From an uncultured Pseudomonadales bacterium (lineage in GTDB: Bacteria > Patescibacteriota > Microgenomatia > UBA1400 > PJMF01), in NCBI GenBank assembly GCA_964457085.1, contig CAYWDM010000006.1, positions 4,302 through 68,301 on the forward strand: a stretch of 64,000 bases of DNA. Reading direction: 5' to 3'. The number at the start of each line of letters is the position of its first letter. Positions within the stretch are counted from its first letter, which is position 1. Below, piece by piece: positions 37,752 to 48,896 of this stretch. Under the pieces are notes generated by a model. The model saw only the letters and a list, made by a program, of their open reading frames with translations, was not told where the DNA came from and ran no database searches. A program made the translations under genes and the position numbers.

Positions 37752-40616
37752 CTATAGATCGAGTGATATGTCCTGCGTGAGCTGCCATTGTTTTACAGCG
37801 GTTGGTGTTTGTAAAATATAGGTTGAGTCTGGTAACCCTGACTGACGCTGGATAATCATCCTCTTTTTTGTTAGATCTATTGGAACAGTATTTTTAGCAT
37901 CTACTGCAGGCAAAACTACCAAAGAAACTAATGCTGTCTTCTCCTGACCCTGTGGTACTGGAAAAACGAAGCCAATTTGATTAAAAACCTCACCAGCCTC
38001 AGTGGTAATGAGTTGCTCGTGCCAAGTTGACAATTTTTTACCCTCAATCTCGATCGACTGAACACCAACGTCTTTAGAAACATATAGTCGCTGGTAATTT
38101 ACATATCCCATGCCATTTACGGCTTCCTCGCTACTCACGTTCTCCGCAGACATATTGTTGTTTTTAATACGGATCTGAACCAATAGCTGCTCTGGTTTGA
38201 CATCGGCAAGAACTGAGCGTTGAATCGACCGATTGGCTTTGTTGATGCCAACATTTGACTCAATCAGCATCAAATACAGTGGCTGTTCTTGTTGATTATT
38301 TATAACAGTCGTATCCAACCCCAAACTGGCGTTCAAGATAGCAGATTGTCTGCCACTCCAACCGAGATCATCAATTATCTGTTGTTGTTGACCCTCAACT
38401 TGATACACCTGAATTTCTCTTCGTTTCAACCCTGAAAACAGAATCTGAATTAGTGAAAGTTGCTGTTTCCGATTCAGATTTAGTGCTGCGAGTTTTACTT
38501 GATTAGTTAGGGTTTGTAGGAAATGCTGTTTTTGAACACTACCAGGGAAGAAATGCTGTCGATCAGCTCGAGCCACGTCTGCCAAATTAGCTGCAGTAAC
38601 TTGAATTTTGTAATCAGGTAAATACACTGGTCCAATTACTTTTAAAATCTCTTCCATCAACGACATATTTATAGCGATAACACCATCGAGTCCACGCTTA
38701 TTACCAAAAGCAAAATACTGCAGAATCGTCTGAGCACTAGTTGGAAAATCTGGTTGCCAGTTTGCATCCGGCAATCTCATGCCTTTACCAGAGCTCAAAA
38801 ACTCATCAACACCCGCCGGAGCATTTACAAAACCTTTAAATTGCCCATCTGGTTCATAAATATCCCCAATTGCATAAGTCGGTAGAGTTTGACCACTAAA
38901 ATCAACCATGGCATAGGAACCCATAAACCCACCAGTAGCTCGTAGTTCTTGAGTGTTTTGGAGCAATACCAACAGTTTTCGCTCACCGCCAAACCAATAT
39001 GACGCCAGCTGGCTGAGTTGTGACCAATTATTTTTGACCTCACTCGTAACTGCACAAAAATCTTTGATCTCTGAAGAAAAAAATAAACCTGAGTGTTGTC
39101 CACAAAGTTCCTGATCGATTTCGCCAACTTGTGTGAGTATTTGCGTTAGCGATGACGACAACTGTTGGTATGTATCATGCTGAGGTTTATCAGGTTCCGC
39201 TGCTAGTTTTGTAACACTGTCATACGCAAATCCACCATCAGCTACGAGTAAAAAACCAGATTTAAGTGATCGAATTAACGACACTTTTTGGAATGTGAGT
39301 ATATTGGCAACTTTTGATGCAACTAATCCAGTCTTAACATGTCGCTGTAGTTCTCGGGAATTAAAGGTGGCAAAATCACCCTTGATCTGACTACCTGCCA
39401 GTAACATAACTCCAAGTGAAATGGCCAACACTCCAAAATATGTCGCAAGTATTCCAGCCAGTAATAATGCTAAATGATGATATGACCAACGTATATGTGA
39501 TAGTCGCTTTTTAAAACGTTGTACTAGTGGTTCGCTAGCAAGCTCTTGATACCAGTTTGCATAATTAACAGAGATACCGCCCCAAGTGTATTGCTTGGCT
39601 AGTTCAATGCCATGCAAAATTCGTTCCTGTAATTCTACTTTCGATAATTGCGAGAGCAGTCGCAGTGTTTTTTCTAACTCATCTGCATTGGCAACAATTA
39701 CTACATTGGCTGCAAAAGGTGCTAGATGAAAATAATCCTGTTTTAATTGATTATCAGCAACTGCAACTACTAATTTACCTGCAGCCAAACACTCCCAAAC
39801 AGATAGGTAGCCACTGGCTATCACTATATCCGCAGTTTGCAGCCATTTTCGCTGAGCTGACCAGCCCATCACTTCACCAACCAAGTCCGCTTGGTCTCTA
39901 AGTTCGCCATCACCATAAAATTGCCATCGAATATCGTGCCTAGCTCTTGCAGCTGACAAAACTGCAATGAATCCAGTATCTGGGGCCAGTCTTCCTGCAT
40001 ACGCAACCGTCAGCCTAGAATTTGGCATCGCTGCAACCTGTGACAATTGCTGCTGATTAACTGCTCCATAAGTGATGGCATCACCAATAACCTGGTAGTA
40101 TTTAGAAATAAATTCACCAACTAGTAACAACCGATCCGCACAAATTGCTGAAAATTGTTTCAAAAACTTCAGCTTAGTTGGGATTGGATATTTACCCTCC
40201 CAACCATGCATGGTCAACACTATTCGAGAAAAAGGTAGTAACAAACGAATTGGTAACAACCAAATCATCACATCGTGAACATGAATGATAGAAGCTTGAG
40301 AAAATGTCGATAGTTTTGCCAATAATTTGAACCAAACTACCAATAATCCGACGATGGGAATTCGAGGAAAAACAACCGTGGTAACTTGGACGATGTGATG
40401 TTTGAGCGTAATCTCTTGGGTTTGATCTTCCTTGCCAGCTGAAAAAACCTCCACGGAATACCCTTGTTCCAGCAAATCAGTTACTGTCTCCAACACATGG
40501 GTCTCTACTCCGCCAATTGCAGGTAGAAAACTTGGGGTCACCACCACAATTCTTTGAGCTGTTCGATCTGCATCTCCAGTTGTTTTTTTGTCTTGAGCGA
40601 AACTCATTGAGCTCAT
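37752..40616 (-). CDS. fusion of GT4 glycosyltransferase (N-terminal) and DUF4012-like extracytoplasmic domain
   Basis: RIVVVTPSFLPAIGGVETHV GT-B start. Central TM helices. QNTQELRATGGFMGSYAMVDFSG resembles the DUF4012 core. Confidence 0.55.
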   Translation of the reverse strand: MSSMSFAQDKKTTGDADRTAQRIVVVTPSFLPAIGGVETHVLETVTDLLEQGYSVEVFSAGKEDQTQEITLKHHIVQVTTVVFPRIPIVGLLVVWFKLLAKLSTFSQASIIHVHDVMIWLLPIRLLLPFSRIVLTMHGWEGKYPIPTKLKFLKQFSAICADRLLLVGEFISKYYQVIGDAITYGAVNQQQLSQVAAMPNSRLTVAYAGRLAPDTGFIAVLSAARARHDIRWQFYGDGELRDQADLVGEVMGWSAQRKWLQTADIVIASGYLSVWECLAAGKLVVAVADNQLKQDYFHLAPFAANVVIVANADELEKTLRLLSQLSKVELQERILHGIELAKQYTWGGISVNYANWYQELASEPLVQRFKKRLSHIRWSYHHLALLLAGILATYFGVLAISLGVMLLAGSQIKGDFATFNSRELQRHVKTGLVASKVANILTFQKVSLIRSLKSGFLLVADGGFAYDSVTKLAAEPDKPQHDTYQQLSSSLTQILTQVGEIDQELCGQHSGLFFSSEIKDFCAVTSEVKNNWSQLSQLASYWFGGERKLLVLLQNTQELRATGGFMGSYAMVDFSGQTLPTYAIGDIYEPDGQFKGFVNAPAGVDEFLSSGKGMRLPDANWQPDFPTSAQTILQYFAFGNKRGLDGVIAINMSLMEEILKVIGPVYLPDYKIQVTAANLADVARADRQHFFPGSVQKQHFLQTLTNQVKLAALNLNRKQQLSLIQILFSGLKRREIQVYQVEGQQQQIIDDLGWSGRQSAILNASLGLDTTVINNQQEQPLYLMLIESNVGINKANRSIQRSVLADVKPEQLLVQIRIKNNNMSAENVSSEEAVNGMGYVNYQRLYVSKDVGVQSIEIEGKKLSTWHEQLITTEAGEVFNQIGFVFPVPQGQEKTALVSLVVLPAVDAKNTVPIDLTKKRMIIQRQSGLPDSTYILQTPTAVKQWQLTQDISLDL

Positions 40617-40631
40617 TATATAATCGATTAA

Positions 40632-41597
40632 ATGCGAATTTCTCTGGTAATTACTGTCTTGAATGAAGCTGGGACTATTGAATTACTTGCCCAGTCACTA
40701 GCAAACCAAACTCACTTGCCAACTGAAGTAGTTGTGGTTGATGGCGGTTCAACTGATGACACCATTGGCAAGTTAATAGCAATTCAAAAAAAATACCCCA
40801 AATTAAAATTAAAAATTCTCACCAAAAAAGGCAATCGAAGCGTTGGCAGAAATGCCGCCATTGATCAAGCTGTCTCAGAATTAATTGCCATTACCGACGC
40901 AGGCTGCATTCCAAAACACGATTGGCTAGAAAAACTAGCAGCCACCTATCGTGACTCCAAAGCTCCAGTTATTGCCGGCTATTACCGCGGCATCCCACTC
41001 TCCAACTTTGGCGAGGCTGTAATTCCTTATGCACTAGTCATGCCAGATAAAGTAAACCCTAAGACTTTTTTGCCAGCAACCAGGTCAATGTTGTTAGAAA
41101 AAAATGTTTGGAAAAAACTAGGTGGTTTCGACGAATCACTATCACACAATGAAGATTATGCTTTTGCAAGAAAAATTGCCTCCGCCAAAATTTCAATATA
41201 TTTTTGTCAACAAGCTCTAGTCTTTTGGCAACCTCGTGAAACTTGGCGGCAATTCTGGAAAATGATTTATCGCTTCGCAGTAGGCGATGTTGAGTCACAA
41301 AGTTGGCGACCAAAAGTTGCTTTAATTTTTATTAGATATGGATTGTTTATTGCGTTGGCAATCTGGCTATCTAGACAACAACCATTCTCATTTATCACTG
41401 GATATCTCGGACTCAGTTGTCTGCTGCTCGGATACATACTGTGGGCAATCAAAAAAAATTACCGGTATGTCCAAAATGGTTGGTACTATTTACCGCTACT
41501 GCAAATTATCTCTGACTTTGCCGTAATGTCAGGAACTTTGGTGGGATTCGTGCATTTAGCGAACAGCCGAATTACTCAGATTTTTTCAAAATCGTAA
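40632..41597 (+). CDS. glycosyltransferase family 2 with C-terminal TM helices
   Basis: ISLVITVLNEAGTIELLAQSL...VVVVDGGSTDDT. Confidence 0.75.
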   Translation: MRISLVITVLNEAGTIELLAQSLANQTHLPTEVVVVDGGSTDDTIGKLIAIQKKYPKLKLKILTKKGNRSVGRNAAIDQAVSELIAITDAGCIPKHDWLEKLAATYRDSKAPVIAGYYRGIPLSNFGEAVIPYALVMPDKVNPKTFLPATRSMLLEKNVWKKLGGFDESLSHNEDYAFARKIASAKISIYFCQQALVFWQPRETWRQFWKMIYRFAVGDVESQSWRPKVALIFIRYGLFIALAIWLSRQQPFSFITGYLGLSCLLLGYILWAIKKNYRYVQNGWYYLPLLQIISDFAVMSGTLVGFVHLANSRITQIFSKS

Positions 41598-42582
41598 TTT
41601 GATAGAGCTGTAGTGCGACTGCCCCTAAATCAAATTTATATCGTTCACTTCCTCTCAGAAAGTCATAGACTGCAATACCTTGTTCAATCGCATGTTGTAA
41701 GTGATGTGCCTTGAGACCAAACCCTACTCCTAGTGCTGCATACTGCGGATCATAGCCTGAGTTATAGAGCAAAATTGAGTGCTGATCTTTCAAAAAATAA
41801 GCGATTGCTGCCACCCTCTCACCCTCGTAGATGCAAAAAGCAAAACGCCACTGCCAACCATTTTCATAATCAGCGACTGATAAATCTGTAAAAAATGCTG
41901 CCATTTGCTCCGACATAAATTGTTGCTTCAGAGGATCAGAAAGTTTATGTAGTCGCAAAAAATCTGCAACTATTTCTGGTGTTGCAGATAAATCCCACTC
42001 ATACGTTGGGCTCACCTGCTCAAGTCGTTTCAGTTTTCGCTTCAATTCATCACGGTGTTTTTTCTTTTGCGACTGCACATATTCTTCCCAGGTAGTTGGC
42101 AACTTAATGTAAGGTGATTCAGCTTGCGGAGTGATTTGTACTACATCATTTGTTTGATTTGTAGCCTCTGATGCAAAAAATCTGTAACTGGCACTGTCTG
42201 ATCGAACATAATCTAATTGAATTTTATTTACACCATTGGAAAACAACCAGTTAAGTAGTGAATTCCAAATATCAGTTACTACCACATCACCTACAACACC
42301 AAATAATCGTAAATCCCCATAATCCGTGACTTCTTCATTCCCAAGAACTGGAGGCATGCCAATGAAAAAAACTTCAGTACCAATTCTTTGCAGTCCGATT
42401 GTTGCCAGCAGCACACCAGCATCAAAAACACCTAGATGTAGAACTTCACCACCAGCTCCAAAATGTGACAGGAACACTCTTTGATAGGCAAAGTTATTAA
42501 ATGGAAAAATATCAGTAGAACTCATGAACTCAGCAGTAGCTACTGCGAGCTCTTCAACTGTCAAATTCTTCACTTCCAACAT
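41572..42582 (-). CDS. FemAB/CelD-like GNAT acyltransferase
   Basis: Size and C-terminal GNAT-like core (AIAYFLKDQHSILLYNSGYDPQYAALGVG) resemble BioF2/CelD-like acetyltransferases. Confidence 0.45.
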   Translation of the reverse strand: MLEVKNLTVEELAVATAEFMSSTDIFPFNNFAYQRVFLSHFGAGGEVLHLGVFDAGVLLATIGLQRIGTEVFFIGMPPVLGNEEVTDYGDLRLFGVVGDVVVTDIWNSLLNWLFSNGVNKIQLDYVRSDSASYRFFASEATNQTNDVVQITPQAESPYIKLPTTWEEYVQSQKKKHRDELKRKLKRLEQVSPTYEWDLSATPEIVADFLRLHKLSDPLKQQFMSEQMAAFFTDLSVADYENGWQWRFAFCIYEGERVAAIAYFLKDQHSILLYNSGYDPQYAALGVGFGLKAHHLQHAIEQGIAVYDFLRGSERYKFDLGAVALQLYQITILKKSE

Positions 42583-43338
42583 TTACGCCTCTCCAAATAA
42601 CAACATCAACAACATTATAAGCACACCCGCTACGAATGCTGCAATTTGAAAAATACCTTTTCGGCTTGGCTGCTCTTTGTGCAATTCGGGAATTAAATCA
42701 GAACCAGCAATATAAATAAAGGTTCCCGCAGCAAACGGTATTAGATACTGTTCTAAATGAATGGATTGAGCCCCAAATAATGCCACCACACCAACTCCAC
42801 CCAGTGCAGTCAACGCAGTCAAAAAGTTTAGAAACAAAGCCCGAGCTCTTGAGATACCACTATGCACAATCACTGCAAAATCACCTATTTCTTGAGGAAT
42901 TTCATGCAAGAACACCGCCACAGTAGTAGCAATACCAACCTCAGTGCTCACTAAGAAACTTGCCGCAATAATTAACCCATCAATAAAATTATGCACTGCG
43001 TCCGCAAACAGATTCATCCAAGCAAAGTGATGTACATGATGACTAGTAATTGGTAAATGACAATGTTGCCAATGGATGACTTTTTCCAATAACAGTGAAA
43101 AAGTGATACCGCCCAAAATTAACAAGGAACTTTGCAATTCAAAGCCATGTGTCTCAACTAACTCAGGCAGTAAATGAATGAAGACATCACCTAGTAATGA
43201 TCCAGCTGCAAAACTAATAAAATATAAAATCAGAGATTTAAATTTTGCATCTGAAATCTTCAGGCTCACCATGCCAATCAATGACACTAAACTAATAGCT
43301 ATTACCGAGAGACTTGCTTGAATTAATTGTATTTCCAT
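42583..43338 (-). CDS. zupT: ZIP-family metal (zinc) transporter
   Basis: HEIPQEIGDFAVIVHSG and eight TM helices. Confidence 0.75.
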   Translation of the reverse strand: MEIQLIQASLSVIAISLVSLIGMVSLKISDAKFKSLILYFISFAAGSLLGDVFIHLLPELVETHGFELQSSLLILGGITFSLLLEKVIHWQHCHLPITSHHVHHFAWMNLFADAVHNFIDGLIIAASFLVSTEVGIATTVAVFLHEIPQEIGDFAVIVHSGISRARALFLNFLTALTALGGVGVVALFGAQSIHLEQYLIPFAAGTFIYIAGSDLIPELHKEQPSRKGIFQIAAFVAGVLIMLLMLLFGEA

Positions 43339-43390
43339 AATACCGAGATTCTACTGCATCTTCTCAGCAAATGCAACAAAGTTGCTATTG

Positions 43391-45256
43391 CTATTTTATT
43401 ACAGTTGGTTTTTCAACCACATCAAACGTTGTAGCACTTACCGAAGCTTGTGGTTGATAGACTGTGAAACCAACACTGCCATCGTCATATTTTGCTTCAA
43501 AGACTTTTTGTAATAAACCGGTTCGCTGACATCGATTATGAAGTGTGAAGAAAATATAATAATCGTATGGCTCTTTTGCTAATTCCGAAGAAGCACATAA
43601 ATCGCTTACAAAATGTCGCTGACCAATCCAGAAATCTTTGGCATTCAAAAAATATTTACCAGGTTTTTTAATTGGCAATGTACGCAAATCTTCCTGTGCA
43701 AAAAGATAAGGATAAAAGAACACACCCTCAACGTGCTCCTCAATAATCTTTGAGTCATGGGCATTGGCGTTAATCCATTTTACTAGCTCTTCTCCAGCAC
43801 GACTGCGGTTAAACGGTCGTTCAAAGGGCGTTTGGGCCACATATCCAAACCAGAAACTGAGCAGGTTTGGTGCTGACAACAGTAAAATAGTGCTAACAAT
43901 CACTACCGGAGAAAATAAAAACTGTTGCCAATTTGTAGATACTTTAATTTGAGTAAACAAAGATTTGATTGTCACAAACCAACCAAGTGCTGATGCAAGT
44001 TGTAACCATGGCACCATGATTACTGCCCGCTGTAGATTTGGAAAATCATCTTGAGTTAGGGCCGATGGAATGGCAGCAATAAACAAGAAACCCAAACTCA
44101 AAGCCACTAAAGGTCGCAGATTCTGCTGACTGGTCTCAAGTGATTTAGCCGATTTAGACATCGAAAAATCCATACCCAAAACTAAAAATGCCATAGCTAA
44201 CACCACTCCCAAGTACTCAAAAACCGTAACTGAGACTCCATTTGGAACCGCATATCTAATTGGTGGACCGTTCTGAAAAAGTAAAACCGATGGTGACAAT
44301 AACCCTACATATTGTCGCCAAAATGCCGAGAAATTTTCCGTAACTTTGTTGTATCTAAACCGAGTGATTAGTGGTGGGATCCCAGCTTGTCCTGACTGAG
44401 CGATATGTGAGGTCAACGCTCCCTTGACTGTATCGCTACCAAGAATTGCCGTCTCCTGATACCTGCCTTGTGCATACGGAGTCTGCAATAACACGCCAAA
44501 AGGAAAAATGAGATAGGTTGCAATTACAGCTACAATTCCAATCGTCAGTTGACGTGACCAATCCCCTCGATGATGCCACCAGGTGTATGCCGCAATTAAT
44601 ACTAAAAATGGTGGAATCAACAACCTAGAAGTGAAATAGGTCACATAACAAATAATTGTGAGTGTATAAATTGCTACTAATCCAAAAATAAACTGACGCA
44701 AATCTGCTGTTCGCTGAAGCTTACTCTGAGCTGCATTCCAAAAAACAGTTGTGGCCACCAACACTAACAAAGCCAGTACCATCGAATCCACGATCACACT
44801 TGAAGAAGCTCGTGACATCACAATGCTCCATGGAGATACCGCCCAAAGTACTGCAGCAATGAGCACCAATAATTTATTGCGAGTTTGTCGATATAACCAC
44901 CACAATGCCAAACCTGCAGCGATCAAACCAGTGACAATAATGCCTGCACGATATGATGTTACTTGCGATCCAAAAAATGCAATAAATGGCACCAGCACAT
45001 ACGAATGAATTGCTGAAACATGATCCCCCCACATATCTACAGTGAGTGGCCATTTCTCTCCATAAATATTGCTGCCAGATTTCAACAATAACCATCCATT
45101 GTAGGCAAACCAGGCCTCATCTTGATGCATTCCAGCTGGAAAATCAGCCAAACGCCAAAACCGACCAGCAATTGCTAATACGGCAATTGCCAGACCTGAA
45201 AGCCACCATCCAAATGAGGTTTTTAGTTGTTTCAAAAGATGATTGAATATGTGCAC
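43391..45256 (-). CDS. GT-C family glycosyltransferase (ArnT/PMT, GT39/83-like)
   Basis: Polytopic, with a first-loop DE motif (GMHQDEAWFAYNGW) typical of ArnT/PMT enzymes. Confidence 0.65.
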   Translation of the reverse strand: MHIFNHLLKQLKTSFGWWLSGLAIAVLAIAGRFWRLADFPAGMHQDEAWFAYNGWLLLKSGSNIYGEKWPLTVDMWGDHVSAIHSYVLVPFIAFFGSQVTSYRAGIIVTGLIAAGLALWWLYRQTRNKLLVLIAAVLWAVSPWSIVMSRASSSVIVDSMVLALLVLVATTVFWNAAQSKLQRTADLRQFIFGLVAIYTLTIICYVTYFTSRLLIPPFLVLIAAYTWWHHRGDWSRQLTIGIVAVIATYLIFPFGVLLQTPYAQGRYQETAILGSDTVKGALTSHIAQSGQAGIPPLITRFRYNKVTENFSAFWRQYVGLLSPSVLLFQNGPPIRYAVPNGVSVTVFEYLGVVLAMAFLVLGMDFSMSKSAKSLETSQQNLRPLVALSLGFLFIAAIPSALTQDDFPNLQRAVIMVPWLQLASALGWFVTIKSLFTQIKVSTNWQQFLFSPVVIVSTILLLSAPNLLSFWFGYVAQTPFERPFNRSRAGEELVKWINANAHDSKIIEEHVEGVFFYPYLFAQEDLRTLPIKKPGKYFLNAKDFWIGQRHFVSDLCASSELAKEPYDYYIFFTLHNRCQRTGLLQKVFEAKYDDGSVGFTVYQPQASVSATTFDVVEKPTVIK

Positions 45257-45291
45257 TCAAGCATTTTATCATCAGGCCAGACTCACCACAG

Positions 45292-46659
45292 TCACAATTT
45301 AAACTGCAGTAAAATTGTTTGATCTCTTTTAGGCCCGGTCGTAATTATAGAAATCGGCACACCAATGCTCTGACTCATGAATTTCAAAAACTTACGAGCC
45401 GCTGCCGGCAATTCTTTGAGATTTCTTGCGGCTGCCAATTTACTAGCATCCCAAGATGGCATCTCAATATATGTTGGAGCCACTGTATTTAAAAATTCCT
45501 GATCTGGTCGATACTCAACATTTTTACCCGCAACAGTATAGCCGGTACAAATTTTGATTGGAAAATCAGAATAACTGATGTCCATGTGGGTTAAAACTAA
45601 ACTATTTAGTCGACCAACTTTACAAAAAAATTTAAGTGCCGGAATATCCAAATAGGCAATGTCGCGTGGTCTCTTAGTTGTAGCACCATACTCATGTGCA
45701 TCCTCTCGAATTCGATCCGCAAGTTCACCGGTCATGATACTGGGTAACTGTCGCACCCCCACACTAGACATATAGGTGGCCTTGATTACGCCAGCTTTGA
45801 ACTTAATTTTATCTGGATCAATGACACCTTCTGTAGCAGAAAAAATTCCGTCAAACGTGGTATCAGAAGCAGTGATGTCTGGATATACACCCCACCGATA
45901 ATCCAAACCAATTGCTTGAGATTTCTCAAATACAAAACCGCATTTTTTATCTTGCCATTTTTCACTTAACCAATCATGTAAATCATAAGTTACCGCTGCT
46001 AGTTTTAATCCTTGGGCTTTCAATCTGCGTAAAAATTCTGCTTCTGAGCCGACAGCGAGCGTAGCTCCATTTAAGCTTGGTACCAGTACAGATGACATGT
46101 CGTGTCCAAGTCCTTTAATGAGTGCACTGTACATTTGATAATGCTGTTTAATTTTTTGGTCATTAAATACAACAATATCTTTCATCCTCAGTGGATGTCG
46201 CAGTAACACATCCGAATATGCAGGGGAAATACCACGGCCAGTAGCACCTTTTCCACCTGTTTGCCATTGCTTCAGCACATTTTCATACGCTCGGTGGGTG
46301 TCGAGTGATAATAACGCATAACGATCAATCTTCACTTTTGCACGATCCTTTGTTGACTTCACCGCTTTAATATTCACCAACTCTTCAAGCAGATCTCCAG
46401 GATGCAGTACCATCTCCTTGCCTAGAACAATCACTGCTCCTTTAATAAATGCACCAGAGGGAAGTTGATGTAAGGCAATACGGTGACCATCGGCAAACTC
46501 AACCGTATGTCCTGCATTTGCCCCGCCATTATCTCGGTAAACAATTACTTCACCTTTCTGACTCAGTTGATGCACCAACATATCAACAATTCTGCCTTTA
46601 CCTTCATCACCAAATGCACCTCCACAGCATGCAAATGTTTTTGGGCGAAAACTAGTCAT
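45292..46659 (-). CDS. purA: adenylosuccinate synthetase
   Basis: GDEGKGRIVD, GGANAGHTV, GATGRGI and EYGATTKRPRDIAYLD motifs. Confidence 0.85.
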   Translation of the reverse strand: MTSFRPKTFACCGGAFGDEGKGRIVDMLVHQLSQKGEVIVYRDNGGANAGHTVEFADGHRIALHQLPSGAFIKGAVIVLGKEMVLHPGDLLEELVNIKAVKSTKDRAKVKIDRYALLSLDTHRAYENVLKQWQTGGKGATGRGISPAYSDVLLRHPLRMKDIVVFNDQKIKQHYQMYSALIKGLGHDMSSVLVPSLNGATLAVGSEAEFLRRLKAQGLKLAAVTYDLHDWLSEKWQDKKCGFVFEKSQAIGLDYRWGVYPDITASDTTFDGIFSATEGVIDPDKIKFKAGVIKATYMSSVGVRQLPSIMTGELADRIREDAHEYGATTKRPRDIAYLDIPALKFFCKVGRLNSLVLTHMDISYSDFPIKICTGYTVAGKNVEYRPDQEFLNTVAPTYIEMPSWDASKLAAARNLKELPAAARKFLKFMSQSIGVPISIITTGPKRDQTILLQFKL

Positions 46660-48052
46660 TATTTCCTTTCGATTTCAGATAACTACGGATATTTCGATGC
46701 ACGGTGGCTGCAATTTCAGCTGATAAACCCAAATAATTTGTTGGGGATAGCTGTAATAATTGCTGTTTTATCTCATCTGAAATCTGTAACTGGGCAACAA
46801 ACTGATTTAGAATTTTTTTCGTGACTTTTTTTCCTTGTGTTTGCTCTTGCAGTTTTTGATATCCCAGCACATCACCATGCATGCGTAAAATAACCTGATA
46901 TGCTTCAGCAACTACCTCCCAGTGATCATTTAATTCTTGATTTACTTTTATGGTATCAACTGATATTTTCTGCAACCCTTTTATGAGTGAAGTGTAAGCT
47001 AAAACGCACTGTCCAATGGCAACTCCAAAATTGCGTTTTACAGTGCTATCTGAAAGGTCTCGTTGCAATCGAGAAATCGGCAATTTTTGAATAAAATGGA
47101 TCAGCATACTATTCGCCATTCCCAAATTGCCCTCGCTATTTTCAAAATCTATGGGATTAACCTTGTGCGGCATTGTCGATGATCCAACTTGGCCAGTTGC
47201 TAGTTTTTGAACCAAATATCCGTCACTAATGTAACGCCATGCATCCTGATTAAGGTCAAGTAAAATTCCATTTATCCGAATCAAACTACTAAATAATTGA
47301 CTGTAACTTTCTGGAGATAAAATCTGCGTTGCAATCACAGATGGTGCCAAACCTAATGAAGCAACAAATTCTTTGCTTATTTTTAGCCAATCAACATCTG
47401 GAAAAATGGTGAGGTGAGCATTAAAATTTCCAACTGCACCAGAAACCTTTCCTTCGATTTGTAACTGATCAAGTACTAATAATTCTTGAAGTAGACGCTG
47501 TGCAAAAACCGCGAATTCTTTACCAATGGTTGTAGGAACTGCTACCTGACCATGTGTCCGTGCCAGCATTGGCGTGTCTGCATAGTCATTGATAATTTTG
47601 CCGAGCGTTTTGAGAAGTAACTGAAGCATCGGAATAACAAGTTGTTCTTTTGCTTCCATCAACATTTGAGAATATGCAAGTGAATTAACATCCTCACTCG
47701 TTAAAGCGATATGAACATATGCTGCTAGTGGTGAATTTATTTTTTGCAGCTTTGCTGTTAAAAAATACTCAACTGCTTTAACATCGTGTCTAGTAATGAG
47801 TTCTATTTTTTTAACTTCTTCCGCATCAGTAGTACTGAAGTCATGCTGCAGTTGGAGTAAAAAGATTTCTTCATCTGAGGTAATTTTAGGAATCAATCGG
47901 TGTTTCGATAAAAAGAAAAGATACTGAATTTCAATTTTGACTCTATGGGTAATTAATGCAAACTCAGAAAAAATATTCGAAACTTCTGTTAGCTGTGTGT
48001 GATAGCGTCCATCCAAAGGAGATATTGCAGTTAGACGTGAGTCCGTTGCCAT
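46652..48052 (-). CDS. purB: adenylosuccinate lyase
   Basis: SPLDGRY N-terminal signature and fumarate-lyase fold. Start set at MATDSRL; the ORF track extends to 48130. Overlaps the purA start. Confidence 0.8.
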   Translation of the reverse strand: MATDSRLTAISPLDGRYHTQLTEVSNIFSEFALITHRVKIEIQYLFFLSKHRLIPKITSDEEIFLLQLQHDFSTTDAEEVKKIELITRHDVKAVEYFLTAKLQKINSPLAAYVHIALTSEDVNSLAYSQMLMEAKEQLVIPMLQLLLKTLGKIINDYADTPMLARTHGQVAVPTTIGKEFAVFAQRLLQELLVLDQLQIEGKVSGAVGNFNAHLTIFPDVDWLKISKEFVASLGLAPSVIATQILSPESYSQLFSSLIRINGILLDLNQDAWRYISDGYLVQKLATGQVGSSTMPHKVNPIDFENSEGNLGMANSMLIHFIQKLPISRLQRDLSDSTVKRNFGVAIGQCVLAYTSLIKGLQKISVDTIKVNQELNDHWEVVAEAYQVILRMHGDVLGYQKLQEQTQGKKVTKKILNQFVAQLQISDEIKQQLLQLSPTNYLGLSAEIAATVHRNIRSYLKSKGNND

Positions 48053-48137
48053 TAATCCAATTGTACAGCAATTTAGCCATTTGCAGAGAGAAAATTTGGA
48101 ACTGTTTAATTCTATTTCGTGTTTCTGCAACCAGCAT

Positions 48138-48848
48138 CTATCTCGGGTCTGTCATCCACACTGCAGTTTTTTTTAAAAAAAGATATTTTAAAAATGTAAC
48201 CAAATATGAGTTAGCACCCGCAAAAAAACCAAATCTGAATCTTCTTCCTGCAGCCAACACAGGTGTGTTGCTCAAAAAGATAATTTTCCCAATTTTACTT
48301 ACTTTGAATGATAGGTCGATATCTTCGATTGCATTTAAATCAGCACTGAATCCACCTGATTTTTTATAAGCCTCGTTGAAAATTGCAAAATTGAACCCGC
48401 TAAGCCAATAATGTCCAAAAATCACTCGATAAATTCTCATCCCTAAGGGCTGCAATACATTGACGATTTTGTTTGTGTTGGCAGTACAATCGTCAATTCT
48501 ACAGGTGCCAGTCACAGCAACGCCAATATTTTCAGTAAGTGCATTTGAAAGTGTTTCGACCCAATTTGAGGGAAGAATTGTGTCAGCATCAGTTGACAAT
48601 ATAATTTCGTCAGTTGAGTATTCAAAACCAGCTTTTCGTGCTGCTCCCCGTCCTTTTCGTTTCTCATAAAGAACCGTTATGTGTAAATTCTTTGAAAAAC
48701 TTCTAGCTTCTTTTACAGTGTCATCTGTAGAATTGTTGTCAACAACGATGATCCTAAAATTTTTGCCAGTCTGTTGTGCAACAAGGCTATTTAGACAATT
48801 ACCAATATTTTTCTCTTCATTGTAAGCAGGGATTACAATCGAAATCAT
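48138..48848 (-). CDS. glycosyltransferase family 2
   Basis: MISIVIPAYNEEKNIGNCLNSLVAQ...IIVVDNNSTDDT. Confidence 0.8.
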   Translation of the reverse strand: MISIVIPAYNEEKNIGNCLNSLVAQQTGKNFRIIVVDNNSTDDTVKEARSFSKNLHITVLYEKRKGRGAARKAGFEYSTDEIILSTDADTILPSNWVETLSNALTENIGVAVTGTCRIDDCTANTNKIVNVLQPLGMRIYRVIFGHYWLSGFNFAIFNEAYKKSGGFSADLNAIEDIDLSFKVSKIGKIIFLSNTPVLAAGRRFRFGFFAGANSYLVTFLKYLFLKKTAVWMTDPR

Positions 48849-48896
48849 AGATTAAAAATTGCTGTTTATTTACAAAGTTCTATTCTATACTTTGGT

